A stretch of 56,577 nucleotides of DNA from a virus (Duplodnaviria > Caudoviricetes): positions 1 to 56,577 of the IMG/VR virus record IMGVR_UViG_3300027759_000111; one strand, given 5' to 3'. Below the pieces are notes generated by a model. That model was not told the DNA's origin and did not search any database. It worked only from the letters and a program-made list of their open reading frames with translations. A program made the translations under genes and the position numbers. Shown here piece by piece: positions 46,628 to 56,424 of this stretch; the stretch's first letter is position 1, and each line of letters begins with the position of its first letter.

Positions 46628-47923
46628 TTATCCCAAATATCTTACCATAATAACAGCAGCTAAAGGCGGTGGTGATATGAAAGTTAAGGTTGTTCCTGAT
46701 ACTGTATAATCTGTTGTTGGTCTTAAACATAAACCGTTTTGAAAAACTAATATATTATTTACGTTATATAAATTAGTTATAGTAAAGGCTACTGTTGCTC
46801 CGTCACCTGTAAGTAATGTAGTTGCACCTAGTGTTGCTGGTATAAATTTACCACTTGCTGATACCCAACTTAAAGTTTGTTTTCCTGTTGGAGATGCCGT
46901 TACTAAGTCAACGTCTGTGAATAAATTAATACTAGAGTTTTCGTTTGCAATTTCATTCCAACCACCACTGTCAGCAAAATATGCTTTTGCTGTACCTGTT
47001 ACTACAGCTAATGCACCTTGATATGTTGTAGCGTCTGGTCTACCTCCAGTAGTTGCAAAGTTAAATCTTAATTTATTTCCTGAACTTGTTAAATCAATTG
47101 TGTTTGCTGAACCTGTTAAAGAAAGGCCAGCAATAGAAGTTGTTGTTCCTCCTAATGATGTTGAAGTTGAACCTAATGTGATAGATGAATTTGTTAAACT
47201 TCCATTTGCAATATTTGATAAAGTGTTTGATGAACCACTTATAGTTTTGTTTGTTAATGTTTCTGAACCAGTAAGTGTAGCTAAATCAGCATCAGATACA
47301 GCTGTATTAAATTGTGCTATAGTGCCAGTAATAGTATTTGTTGCTAATGATATAGATTTATTTGTTAAAGTATCTATTGAAGTTTCAGTAAGAATATTAC
47401 TATCTAAACTAATTGTAATTGTATCGCCTTGACTTACTGTTGTTGTAATACCATCATTACTTTTTAATTTTAAAGTACCACCTAATGAAATTGATATTGC
47501 TGATGATGAATCATCTCTAATACTAAAACTTGAATTTGTTAAAGAAGAATTTCCAATGTTTGATAATGTATTATTTGCACCACTGATTGTTTTGTTTGTT
47601 AAGGTTACCGTGTTAGTTAATGTTGCAAAATCATCATCTGTTAATGCTGTATTAAATTGTGCTGTAGTACCAGTTAATGTATTAGAACTTAAATTTATTG
47701 TTTTATTTGTTAAAGTAACGGCGTTAGTGGTTGTAACAATTGCTGTTACACCTGCTAATAAATTTAATTCTGTAGGTGTAGCAGTAAGTGTAATTGTTGT
47801 ACCATTACCAAGGGCCGTATAAATTTCATTAAAGTTAGCGTTTATAATTGTACCGCCAGAACGTAGATTTGTACCTGTTCCGTCGTTTGCTACCGAACCT
47901 ATATTGAGTGTTTGTTTAGCCAT
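46628..47923 (-). CDS. baseplate-anchored fibre with gp9/gp10-like N-terminus
   Basis: MAKQTLNIGSVANDGTGTNLRSGG..INANFNEIY; TLTNKT repeats. Confidence 0.75.
   Translation of the reverse strand: MAKQTLNIGSVANDGTGTNLRSGGTIINANFNEIYTALGNGTTITLTATPTELNLLAGVTAIVTTTNAVTLTNKTINLSSNTLTGTTAQFNTALTDDDFATLTNTVTLTNKTISGANNTLSNIGNSSLTNSSFSIRDDSSSAISISLGGTLKLKSNDGITTTVSQGDTITISLDSNILTETSIDTLTNKSISLATNTITGTIAQFNTAVSDADLATLTGSETLTNKTISGSSNTLSNIANGSLTNSSITLGSTSTSLGGTTTSIAGLSLTGSANTIDLTSSGNKLRFNFATTGGRPDATTYQGALAVVTGTAKAYFADSGGWNEIANENSSINLFTDVDLVTASPTGKQTLSWVSASGKFIPATLGATTLLTGDGATVAFTITNLYNVNNILVFQNGLCLRPTTDYTVSGTTLTFISPPPLAAVIMVRYLG
47184..47716 (-). repeat. internal duplication of about 63 aa
   Basis: Two diverged copies of TLTNKxIxLxxNTxTGTxAQFNTAxxDxDxATLTxxxTLTNKTISGxxNTLSNIxNxSLTNSS; coordinates approximate. 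Confidence 0.8.
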
Positions 47924-47940
47924 TGATTATTCTTTTGTTA

Positions 47941-47948
47941 TATTTATA
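47941..47948 (-). promoter_or_regulatory. T4-type late promoter TATAAATA
   Basis: Exact intergenic motif. Confidence 0.7.
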
Positions 47949-47954
47949 CATATA

Positions 47955-50555
47955 TTACGGTGTTGTATCATCAAAGGTTCCAATATTACTATCGAAGAAA
48001 GTTAATGTATTATCAAATTGATTAAGTGGTTCAATAATAAAAATTTCAGCAGGTATTGTTAATTTTGTTTTAATTAGTCTACCTAATTCTGTTGAACAAA
48101 ATAATAACGTATTATCTTGTCCATCAAAAGAAGTTCTTGTACCAAAAGTAACATTTTTACTCAATTCTTCTATAGAATAATTTGTTCCAGATTGTCGTAC
48201 AAAAGTTCTTAAAACTTCTCTATTGATTGTGCCATATCTTGGTCCTGCGTAAACAAATCCTTGTACAATTGTAACTGGAATTGAATTAACATTCGTAAAT
48301 ATTCCTCTTACTCTTGACACGATAGATAAATCTATTGATGGTCTAAATAAAGTTACATCTCTTGTATTTGCAGTAAAATGTTCTATTGTAGCTGGATTTA
48401 AATCCACAGGCACACCTAATTTTGCATTTGTTCTTAATGTTGTTCCGTCGGTTGTAGTACCTAATCTTCTGCCAAATATTGTTCCAAATAAAGTATTGAT
48501 TACTGAAAATAAAGGTTCATCAACTGCGCCTGATATTTGTCCAGTAATAGGAAATCTTATTCTGGCATTAATTTGTGATTGTATTCTAACTTCATTAGAT
48601 AAATAAAATCCTGCTGTATGCATTGTTTTTTTAAAGCTACCACGCCAGTCGTCAATAGAACGTGCAACTCTAATTAAGTAAGAAAAATCTTGATAGAGTA
48701 AGCTGTCTTGTATTTTCATTGTGTTCTCAGACAATTTTCCATCTTCATTTATATAAACACCATCAGTATCTCTTACCGCACCCACTGTAACTGTAGCTGA
48801 TGCTTGATTTATTTTTTTAATTGAGGCTGTTGCTGTAGAAGTATTACCGGTGATTGTAGAATTTTCTGTAAATGTTCCTGTTATATCTTTTAATACTAAT
48901 AAACCAGTATTACTATTAAAACTTACAATTTTACCTGTTGCTGAAGTGCTACTAGTTACGGTTTCTTCTATTATAAACGTTCCTGTTTTATTTGTTAAAA
49001 TTAAATTTTTATAAAAATTTAAAGTAGGTGGAGTAGGCGCATTATCATATTCAGCTCCAGGTTCTATCACCGCTAATTCTACAACTTTACCTATATTATC
49101 ACTATAAGCTTTTAATGAACCATTTAATCCAGTTGTTGAAGAAATTGTAACAGTAGGAAGTCTTGTATAACTTTTGCCTAAATCATATAAAAATATATCT
49201 GTAATGTCTCCTAAATCTGTTCCTAATTCTTGAACCATTACACTGCCCTCATATGAATCTCCTAAACCTGTTGCATCTTCTAAAATAATACGGTCACCTG
49301 AATTATCTTCATTTGATATTCCTCCATTAACTATAGAAATAAATCCTGCTGCTCCAGCACCATTTGTGTTTGCATTATTAAAAATTAATTCATCACCAAT
49401 AGAATAGTTTAATCCTGGATTATCAATTAATATTTCTGTAATATTGCCTGATTTTATAGTTTTAGTTTGAATTAAAGCCTCAAAGCCTCCACCAGTTACC
49501 GTAACGGGTAAATTCTCACTATATAATGCACCAGAGTTTGTAATTGTTAATGTTGTAGGTATACCTGTAATTTCAGATTTAATAATATTATCGTCATCAT
49601 CAGTTTTAGTTCCTCTTATTTCTTCATTAGGCAAAAATGTTCCTGATATTGTATCATTATTTAAAGTACTCTCAGAAATTACATGGCCTCCTATAATAAA
49701 TTTTTTAACATTTTCTATAGTTGCTTTTGCTTGTGAAGTTTGACCTGTTATTTCACGACCTAGTAAATCATTTAAATCTCCTGAAAAATCTATTGATCTT
49801 AAAATTTTATTTGTTGTAAATTTACCATCTGATATTCTTAACATTTGTTCACGTGGATATAATGTTTCTGATGTTTCATTAAATAATAATCTAAAAAAAA
49901 CTTCGTGTCCTGCTCTTGTACCTTTTTGTTTATATAATGATTTTACATTTTTAATTAAATTTCTTTTATTTACATTAACATTTAAATTTTCAGGTAATGT
50001 AGTTAAAAATTCATTTCTAAATTGACTTAAAAAATTTGATATAACTTTATCAGGATCTCTAAAGTTTAATAACTCTTGTATATTATTTACTGGATTTGGT
50101 TTATAATTATTAATTACAGCACTTGCGTTTGAAGATAACCCTAAAATTGTTTCACCCTGAATAAACTTATCTTGTGCAACAATAATTAATCTATTATTTG
50201 TTAGATCTTCTGTTAATATTGTTGATGATGATTTAGATGTTTGACCTTTAATTGTTTCACCTTTTGTAAATTTACCAAAAGTTGAACTTTCTAAAATTAA
50301 TTTATCGCCTTCATCTAATGGTGTTATATCTGAACCAATATTTGAACCATCTAATAATAAATTATTTTGTTGATTAGTTTCAGTTTCTAATTGAATACCA
50401 TCAGTTGTTTCAATAGAAGTAACCGATAATTCGGCAGCCTCCATAAAAGTATAATAAGTTTCTAAAAATTTTAAAAATTTAGGATGATCGTCAAGTACAA
50501 AATCAGGTACTTGTGAACCTATGAGGTTTGAAAGTTTATCTTTAAATGTAGCCAT
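47955..50555 (-). CDS. baseplate wedge protein (gp7-like)
   Basis: QVPDFVLDDHPKFLKFLETYY, LYKQKGT, IQDSLLYQDFSY, HTAG; follows gp6. Confidence 0.7.
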   Translation of the reverse strand: MATFKDKLSNLIGSQVPDFVLDDHPKFLKFLETYYTFMEAAELSVTSIETTDGIQLETETNQQNNLLLDGSNIGSDITPLDEGDKLILESSTFGKFTKGETIKGQTSKSSSTILTEDLTNNRLIIVAQDKFIQGETILGLSSNASAVINNYKPNPVNNIQELLNFRDPDKVISNFLSQFRNEFLTTLPENLNVNVNKRNLIKNVKSLYKQKGTRAGHEVFFRLLFNETSETLYPREQMLRISDGKFTTNKILRSIDFSGDLNDLLGREITGQTSQAKATIENVKKFIIGGHVISESTLNNDTISGTFLPNEEIRGTKTDDDDNIIKSEITGIPTTLTITNSGALYSENLPVTVTGGGFEALIQTKTIKSGNITEILIDNPGLNYSIGDELIFNNANTNGAGAAGFISIVNGGISNEDNSGDRIILEDATGLGDSYEGSVMVQELGTDLGDITDIFLYDLGKSYTRLPTVTISSTTGLNGSLKAYSDNIGKVVELAVIEPGAEYDNAPTPPTLNFYKNLILTNKTGTFIIEETVTSSTSATGKIVSFNSNTGLLVLKDITGTFTENSTITGNTSTATASIKKINQASATVTVGAVRDTDGVYINEDGKLSENTMKIQDSLLYQDFSYLIRVARSIDDWRGSFKKTMHTAGFYLSNEVRIQSQINARIRFPITGQISGAVDEPLFSVINTLFGTIFGRRLGTTTDGTTLRTNAKLGVPVDLNPATIEHFTANTRDVTLFRPSIDLSIVSRVRGIFTNVNSIPVTIVQGFVYAGPRYGTINREVLRTFVRQSGTNYSIEELSKNVTFGTRTSFDGQDNTLLFCSTELGRLIKTKLTIPAEIFIIEPLNQFDNTLTFFDSNIGTFDDTTP

Positions 50556-50560
50556 AATAA

Positions 50561-52417
50561 TTAATAGCTAGTGATAGTTGTATATCCTATTCCAGCGTCA
50601 GATGCTCCGTTCAAAAAACTATCGGCTTGCACTGTTACTAAAATATTTTCTATATCAATTTCTATAATTTGATCTCTTACAGGAACAATATCGTTTGAGT
50701 TTGGTTTTACTGTTAATTCTATAACTGTAGATAAAGCACCTCTTATATTTTCAATTGAGGTTATATTTAAAGATGTAAGAGTAATTTGTCCTGTTGTATA
50801 ATCAATTGTTCCTTGATTATTATTTACGTATGATCTAATACCGCTTACTAATTTAAATCTTCTTACTTTACCTTCACCATCATCATCTAAAAAATAAATA
50901 TTAGTAGTATCGCCACTTACTTTAAAACCAGATGATTCTAAAATACCACCTTGTGCAGCTGCATATCCTAAAAATGGATTAAATAATGAATTTCTAAAAA
51001 AAATATCATATCTTATAGATGAGTTCAATATGGGTGTAAAATTTTTTCTAATTTTAATTGATGTAATATTTGAAATAACACTTGTATCTGCGTTATCGAT
51101 TAAACTTATTACTTTAGAATGTCTAAAAATACCGTCAAATCTTTGTAATACGTTTGTGTTGTAATCAGATATTGATTCAATGATATTTGATTTTATAGTA
51201 TCTGATGATTTTGAAGTCAGTCTTGCATCATACTTGGCATTCGTAGTTATTAATATACTTGTAACTTCAGGATCTACAATTACTGGTCTTACTGAAGCAA
51301 CATTGAAAGCTTTTAATGATGATACTATATTTTGTTTAGTAGAAGTTGTTAATGTAGAACCACTGGCCGCTTTGATTGCAATTTTAACTGTACCATAAAC
51401 AGGAGTTTCATCATCTTCTCCGCCCCAAGCACTAACTGATAGAGCATTAGGATAAATTGATCTTACAATTGTTTCGTAATCAGAAGTTGTTACAGCACGA
51501 TTTTGTGTAGCATATCCTAATGGTGCATTAAAACGAATTGACTCTTTAGACTCAGCTGCACTGCCACCTTGTGATATAGATTTAGTTGTAACAGTAATAT
51601 CAGAAAATCCACCTATAGTTGTTGCTAAAGTAAATGTAGAAGCTCCGTTAGATTCATCTCTATTTGTAACAATATATTCTAAAATTATTATATTGCCTGT
51701 TGAAACAGCCGCACCTAAAACACCATCGCCAAAATAAACTTCAAATTTACCATCTTCTACTTCTTGTAAAAAATAAACTTTAGATGTATCTGTAACATTA
51801 TTAAAACCGCCTGCTAAAGAGTAAATGTTTGTAGTTGTGTTTGTAGAACTTTCTTGTACTGATACTTTGAGTGTTGTTGTATCAGCATTTGCATTTTGAA
51901 TTATGTATTTTTGGTCTGGATCTTCATTATCAACTGTATATCTAAATGTAACTAACGTGCCCTCGTAAATATCTATATCTGAAAAATTAAATATACCATT
52001 TATAGGAGTAATTGTATAATCTTGATTTGTTAAATATTGATAACCTACTCCTGAAACTGTAGTTGTAAATATTGTGCCTTTTGATAATGTTAAAGTTGAG
52101 CCTGTTGCATCATTTACTTCAATATCTATACTTGCTACTGGTGATCTTACTGATGATGGTGTGTAGTTTAACATTTTAGCTAACGATACAATATTTTTTC
52201 GTATGTCAGCACTGTCTAAGTACATTTCGTTTGCTAACATATTAGCATTGAAGCCTAGATAGTGAGTGTTGTATGCTAATATATCTAAAAGTATAGAAAA
52301 GCCTGAACCTTCAAAATTATAATCTTGAAATTCTGTTTGACTTTGTAAAAATGTTTTTAAATTTGCTTTTATGCTATCAAAATCAAAATCTGATACTTCT
52401 AATTTATTACTTGCCAT
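50561..52417 (-). CDS. gp6: baseplate wedge subunit
   Basis: DFDFDSIKANL, DYNFEGSG, LLDILAYNTHY, QNRAVTTSDY, AWGGED. Confidence 0.95.
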   Translation of the reverse strand: MASNKLEVSDFDFDSIKANLKTFLQSQTEFQDYNFEGSGFSILLDILAYNTHYLGFNANMLANEMYLDSADIRKNIVSLAKMLNYTPSSVRSPVASIDIEVNDATGSTLTLSKGTIFTTTVSGVGYQYLTNQDYTITPINGIFNFSDIDIYEGTLVTFRYTVDNEDPDQKYIIQNANADTTTLKVSVQESSTNTTTNIYSLAGGFNNVTDTSKVYFLQEVEDGKFEVYFGDGVLGAAVSTGNIIILEYIVTNRDESNGASTFTLATTIGGFSDITVTTKSISQGGSAAESKESIRFNAPLGYATQNRAVTTSDYETIVRSIYPNALSVSAWGGEDDETPVYGTVKIAIKAASGSTLTTSTKQNIVSSLKAFNVASVRPVIVDPEVTSILITTNAKYDARLTSKSSDTIKSNIIESISDYNTNVLQRFDGIFRHSKVISLIDNADTSVISNITSIKIRKNFTPILNSSIRYDIFFRNSLFNPFLGYAAAQGGILESSGFKVSGDTTNIYFLDDDGEGKVRRFKLVSGIRSYVNNNQGTIDYTTGQITLTSLNITSIENIRGALSTVIELTVKPNSNDIVPVRDQIIEIDIENILVTVQADSFLNGASDAGIGYTTITSY

Positions 52418-52418
52418 C

Positions 52419-52844
52419 TTATCTTAGTCTTTCTAAAAATGTTTGTACTGTAACCAATTCAGTAGAACCAATAACATAAAAGTAAATACTCAAATCATAT
52501 GAATTTCTATCAATATCAGGTCTTGCTGACACTTGAACCAATTTAATTCTTGGTTCAAAATTTTGTAACACCTCGTGTACTTTTCTTTGCAGATTCAAAG
52601 CAGTTAATGGTGTCATTAATTCAAATAACATCGCTCTTATATTTGAACCTATTTCAGGATGAAAAGGTCTTTCAAAGTGTGATGTATTAATTAAATTTCT
52701 TACACTTCTTTTAACAGATTCAACATCTGTTAATTTATTAACGTCATTTGTAACCGTATTACGACCAAAATCTAAGTCTAAATCTCTATATTGTTTTGTG
52801 GCTCTTTTACTTCTGTTTAAAGAACCAGCATCGTAATTTGGCAT
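52419..52844 (-). CDS. gp25: baseplate wedge subunit
   Basis: YRDLDLDF, SVKRSVRNLI, ERPFHPEIGS, NFEPRI. Confidence 0.93.
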   Translation of the reverse strand: MPNYDAGSLNRSKRATKQYRDLDLDFGRNTVTNDVNKLTDVESVKRSVRNLINTSHFERPFHPEIGSNIRAMLFELMTPLTALNLQRKVHEVLQNFEPRIKLVQVSARPDIDRNSYDLSIYFYVIGSTELVTVQTFLERLR

Positions 52845-52851
52845 ATTACTA

Positions 52852-52859
52852 TATTTATA
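52852..52859 (-). promoter_or_regulatory. T4-type late promoter TATAAATA
   Basis: Exact motif 7 nt upstream of the gp25 ATG. Confidence 0.7.
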
Positions 52860-53271
52860 TCAAATCTTCAGGTGATCTACCGTTGTGATGTAATTTAAAT
52901 TCTTCTACATAATCAGGTATAGTGGGCGTAGTAAAGGTAATAAATTTATCTTCATATATACCAAAATTATCAATCCATACTTTTATTTTGTAAGTTGTTG
53001 AAGATTCACAATTAAACCTAATAACTTGCAAATATTCAGATTGAGTTTTAAACATATTAACGTTTTCTGGTGGATAATTCTTTGAATCTAATTTTATGTC
53101 GTTTAAATATAATTCACAACCAAATTTTAATGTATTAAATTCAACTATATTTGAATTATTATTATAAAAACCTATATGTACATCTATATAAGTATAATTA
53201 TGATCGTTATTTAATTCGGATACAATCCATTCATTTGTTATTACGTTTTTTTTAATTTTTATATTACTCAT
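52855..53271 (-). CDS. hypothetical protein
   Basis: 138 aa AT-rich ORF coupled behind the glycine-rich gene. Confidence 0.6.
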   Translation of the reverse strand: MSNIKIKKNVITNEWIVSELNNDHNYTYIDVHIGFYNNNSNIVEFNTLKFGCELYLNDIKLDSKNYPPENVNMFKTQSEYLQVIRFNCESSTTYKIKVWIDNFGIYEDKFITFTTPTIPDYVEEFKLHHNGRSPEDLI

Positions 53272-53272
53272 A

Positions 53273-54160
53273 TTAGTTTGATATTGGATATCTTATATAA
53301 CAAACACCACCTTGGCCATTTGCATTACCATAACTGCCTGCATTTAAAGAATCTGAACTATTACCTGCACTTCCACCATTATTTCCATTTATAACTTCGG
53401 TTGCAAAACTGGAACCTCCTCCACCTCCGCCTGCAGCCGTATCTCCTCCTGGTTCAGGCCCATAACTTCCTCCATTATAACCGCCTCCGCCTCCGCCTCC
53501 ACCACTTTGATCTCCTCCTGGAGTATAACCATCTTGACCATTTTGTCCTGCTTGATTACCAGTAGTTCCTCCTGCACGACCAGTATTAGAACTACTTCCA
53601 TTATTTCCTCCGCCGCCGCCGGCTCCTCCTACGCCTCGGCCTCCTCCTTCGCCGCCGCCTCCGCCTCCGCCTCCGGCCGCAGCAACTAAAATTGTTCCAC
53701 TACGAAGTAAAAAAGTTCCTCCGCCTCCTCCGCCACCAGCACCAGAACATCCTCCTGTGCCAGCTCCCATTCCATTTCCACCTTTACCTAAAAGTGGGCC
53801 AGTTCCTCCAGCAGCTCCATTTCCTGTTGTACAACCACCTGTAGCTGTTGAACCTCCTCCTCCAACACTTACATTTAAAGTTTCTTGTGTTATTGCCAAT
53901 GCTGAAGTACGAGCATAAGCACCTCCGCCACCATCGGCGCCTGCACCTGAACCTGATCTTCCTCCTGCAGCTCCCCACATAATTACATCTACAGTTGCTC
54001 CTCCTGGAGCAAAAGTAATTACAAAATCTCCTGAAGTTCCTGGATCAAATCTATGTACGTTATAAGTTATTGAGTCTATTGTTTGTTGAAATATTGTTCC
54101 ACCTGTGGCCTCGATAAATTTTTTACCACCACTACCTACTAATAAAGGATATACAGTCAT
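53273..54160 (-). CDS. glycine-rich adhesin-like virion protein
   Basis: ATGG...VHRF...MWGAAGG followed by polyglycine tracts, ending CYIRYP. Confidence 0.7.
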   Translation of the reverse strand: MTVYPLLVGSGGKKFIEATGGTIFQQTIDSITYNVHRFDPGTSGDFVITFAPGGATVDVIMWGAAGGRSGSGAGADGGGGAYARTSALAITQETLNVSVGGGGSTATGGCTTGNGAAGGTGPLLGKGGNGMGAGTGGCSGAGGGGGGGTFLLRSGTILVAAAGGGGGGGGEGGGRGVGGAGGGGGNNGSSSNTGRAGGTTGNQAGQNGQDGYTPGGDQSGGGGGGGGYNGGSYGPEPGGDTAAGGGGGGSSFATEVINGNNGGSAGNSSDSLNAGSYGNANGQGGVCYIRYPISN

Positions 54161-54168
54161 AAATTATT

Positions 54169-54684
54169 TTATGATAGGCCACCGCCATTAATAACATATG
54201 TATTTGTGCCTACACACAATAATGTTGCAATACCTCTTTGGGCTAATGTTCTGCTACCTGTGTTTGCTGTGCCTGCTAGATAAATTGTAACACTTGTACC
54301 TTGTGTTATTGTAATAGATGAAGATGAGTTATTAAATATAGTAACGTTTTGTCCTATTGTAAATATTCCTGTGTTTAAAGTTACACCAGCTGTTGTTGAA
54401 ATGTGTTTTCCGTGATCTGAATTTTGTAAAACATAACTTGTACTTTTAGTTTCTTGTGGTACACTTCTTATTTCACCTTTAGCGTCAGATAATGTAGCTG
54501 AACTGCCTGTTGTTTGAAAACCTGTACTTGTTATAGTACCTGTTGTTATTAAATTTCTTGTAGTTGTGTTGCCATTTGCTAATACACGGTCAATATCTGT
54601 ATCTTCATATAGATCACGTATGTTTTCATCCATTTCAGCATAAGTTAATGCTGTACCTTTTATGCCTCTTTTAACTATTGTCAT
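54169..54684 (-). CDS. short fibre-like structural protein
   Basis: KGTALTYAEMDEN N-terminal module; SYVLQNSDHGK...YVINGGGLS C-terminal module. Confidence 0.6.
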   Translation of the reverse strand: MTIVKRGIKGTALTYAEMDENIRDLYEDTDIDRVLANGNTTTRNLITTGTITSTGFQTTGSSATLSDAKGEIRSVPQETKSTSYVLQNSDHGKHISTTAGVTLNTGIFTIGQNVTIFNNSSSSITITQGTSVTIYLAGTANTGSRTLAQRGIATLLCVGTNTYVINGGGLS

Positions 54685-54869
54685 TCTGTATTATCTCCGT
54701 TATCATTATAATAAATTCCAATGTAACTTTGAAATGAATTACCTACTATGCCTGGATTTTTATCAATATAATCAAAAGCAACATATTCAAAACGTTCTGT
54801 TTCTGCTTTTGTTGGTTGACTTGTAAATGTTAAACCTGAAGCATCTAATTCTGCCATATTATCCTGCAA
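54681..54869 (-). CDS. hypothetical protein
   Basis: Coupled between the PAAR and fibre genes; start may be the internal MAEL. Confidence 0.55.
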   Translation of the reverse strand: MQDNMAELDASGLTFTSQPTKAETERFEYVAFDYIDKNPGIVGNSFQSYIGIYYNDNGDNTE

Positions 54870-55149
54870 ATACGTTAGGAGAACCGCTGGCTGATTTATT
54901 TGCTACCCAACATCCGTGTCCACTTGTTGCATCCTCTTTTCTATGAACTCCAATACCGTTTACAAACACAGAAGTACTTCCTTCTACAGCTACATCTGAA
55001 CAGGCACACTCATCTCCTATTCTAACTACAGCAGCACCATTTATAAAAACATTTTCCGAGCCTGTTTTATAAGGAGTTTGATGATAAGGTTCAATTATAC
55101 AAGCGTGACCAATGTGTTTATCTAATCCTACTCTGGAAATAGCTGTCAT
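54859..55149 (-). CDS. PAAR-domain spike tip protein (gp5.4-like)
   Basis: GSENVFING..VVRIGD, GSTSVFVNG, GSPNVFAG repeats with His/Cys metal ligands. Confidence 0.88.
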   Translation of the reverse strand: MTAISRVGLDKHIGHACIIEPYHQTPYKTGSENVFINGAAVVRIGDECACSDVAVEGSTSVFVNGIGVHRKEDATSGHGCWVANKSASGSPNVFAG

Positions 55150-55150
55150 T

Positions 55151-55300
55151 TTATCTTCCTTGACCTCTATATTTTTTAAAACTTCTTCTTTTATGTTTAT
55201 TCATCATACATTTGCTGTGAAATCCACGGCCAATGTTTGTTCTTTTAGGTTTGCTTGTTTTTTTTGAGGAATTTGTGTTTCCTGCAACTTTTCTTGCCAT
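55151..55300 (-). CDS. small basic protein (49 aa, not in ORF track)
   Basis: MARKVAGNTNSSKKTSKPKRTNIGRGFHSKCMMNKHKRRSFKKYRGQGR; abuts the PAAR start; ACTAAATA late-promoter variant upstream. Confidence 0.7.
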   Translation of the reverse strand: MARKVAGNTNSSKKTSKPKRTNIGRGFHSKCMMNKHKRRSFKKYRGQGR

Positions 55301-55499
55301 ACTTTACTATTTAGTGTGATTCTTTATCAAAAATATTCATTTTTTTTTGAAAAAAACACAAGAACAAACGTAGTCCGGCAAAAAATAGTTGTTAAGTTAT
55401 TGATTTTACTGCTTTATTTCTTTAAAACTATGGCGCTTTTCGCTTGTTTTGTTGATTTTTATATGTTATATTATATGTATATTAACAATTAATAATAAT

Positions 55500-55736
55500 A
55501 TGACAAAATATAACGTAACTTATACTGTGTACTTTGAGAATGACATCAAAAACATAGATACGGCTATTATGGCCGATAATGAAGATGAGGCAATTAAGTT
55601 TTCTAAAAAAAAACTAGAAAAATATCTTGAAAAAAGAAATGATTTTGAAGGTTTTGAATTAGATAATATTGTTGAATATAGTAAAGTTTTTCATTCTGTT
55701 AAACTTAACGGTTTTTATGAATACAAATCTGCTTAA
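55500..55736 (+). CDS. hypothetical protein (start revised to ATG at 55500)
   Basis: MTKYNVTYTV...ADNEDEAI; first gene after the strand switch. Confidence 0.6.
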   Translation: MTKYNVTYTVYFENDIKNIDTAIMADNEDEAIKFSKKKLEKYLEKRNDFEGFELDNIVEYSKVFHSVKLNGFYEYKSA

Positions 55737-55737
55737 T

Positions 55738-55863
55738 ATGAATAAAGATGATATAAAAAGTCTATTGGTAGCCGCTGCTATCGTAGCATTTGGTTATGTG
55801 TTAATGTTAGGATTTTATTACTTCGCTGATTACATAGGAATATATGAAAACCTTAGATACTAA
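55738..55863 (+). CDS. small single-TM protein (start revised)
   Basis: MNKDDIKSLLVAAAIVAFGYVLMLGFYYF; ATG 1 nt after the upstream stop. Confidence 0.5.
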   Translation: MNKDDIKSLLVAAAIVAFGYVLMLGFYYFADYIGIYENLRY

Positions 55864-56074
55864 ATTAAAGTGGTTTGCAACGGCCGTTCTCATAGTTGCT
55901 ACTGCATTGACATCATTAAACATTTATCCTTTGGGGCCATTATTATATTTACTTGGTGGTTTACTTTGGTTAATTGTGAGTGTTATGTGGAAAGAACCTG
56001 CATTAATTGTAACCAATATTACTTTGGCGTCTGTTAATGCTATAGGATTAATTTATAATTTATTTTTAAAATAA
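55844..56074 (+). CDS. small multi-TM membrane protein (DUF6552-like)
   Basis: LKWFAT...LTSLNIYPL...LLWLIVSVMWKEPALIVTN; three hydrophobic segments. Confidence 0.6.
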   Translation: MKTLDTKLKWFATAVLIVATALTSLNIYPLGPLLYLLGGLLWLIVSVMWKEPALIVTNITLASVNAIGLIYNLFLK

Positions 56075-56238
56075 TGGAAAAACCAGAAATTAAAGACATT
56101 AATTATACTGGCTCTTGGGGTAAAGTTTATCTTGTAAAGTATAAAGGATTTTCTAATGTAATGTTAAAAGAAGAAATTGCTGATTGGTGCGAAGAAGTTG
56201 ACCAAATAAAAGAAGAATTACAATCTACCGAATCTTAG
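56074..56238 (+). CDS. hypothetical protein (54 aa, not in ORF track)
   Basis: MEKPEIKDINYTGSWGKVYLVKY...; TAATG coupling to the upstream gene. Confidence 0.55.
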   Translation: MEKPEIKDINYTGSWGKVYLVKYKGFSNVMLKEEIADWCEEVDQIKEELQSTES

Positions 56239-56401
56239 AACTATTTTCATTTATTATCCAAGGATAATAAAACGCTGTTACCAAATCAATTTGTTTATAG
56301 GTAATATTCCAAACACATTCCATCCATTCACGTTCATAATCATATTCTTGGAAGTTACCTGCATTATAGTTATGTAAACTATTTGTTCTGTCTGTGTGCA
56401 T
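56225..56401 (-). CDS. hypothetical protein (58 aa, not in ORF track)
   Basis: MHTDRTNSLHNYNAGNFQEYDYEREWMECVW...; TATAAATA 9 nt upstream. Confidence 0.5.
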   Translation of the reverse strand: MHTDRTNSLHNYNAGNFQEYDYEREWMECVWNITYKQIDLVTAFYYPWIINENSSKIR

Positions 56402-56410
56402 TTATAATAT

Positions 56411-56424
56411 TATTTATATAAATA
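56411..56424. promoter_or_regulatory. overlapping divergent late promoters
   Basis: TATTTATATAAATA palindrome gives TATAAATA on both strands. Confidence 0.6.
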
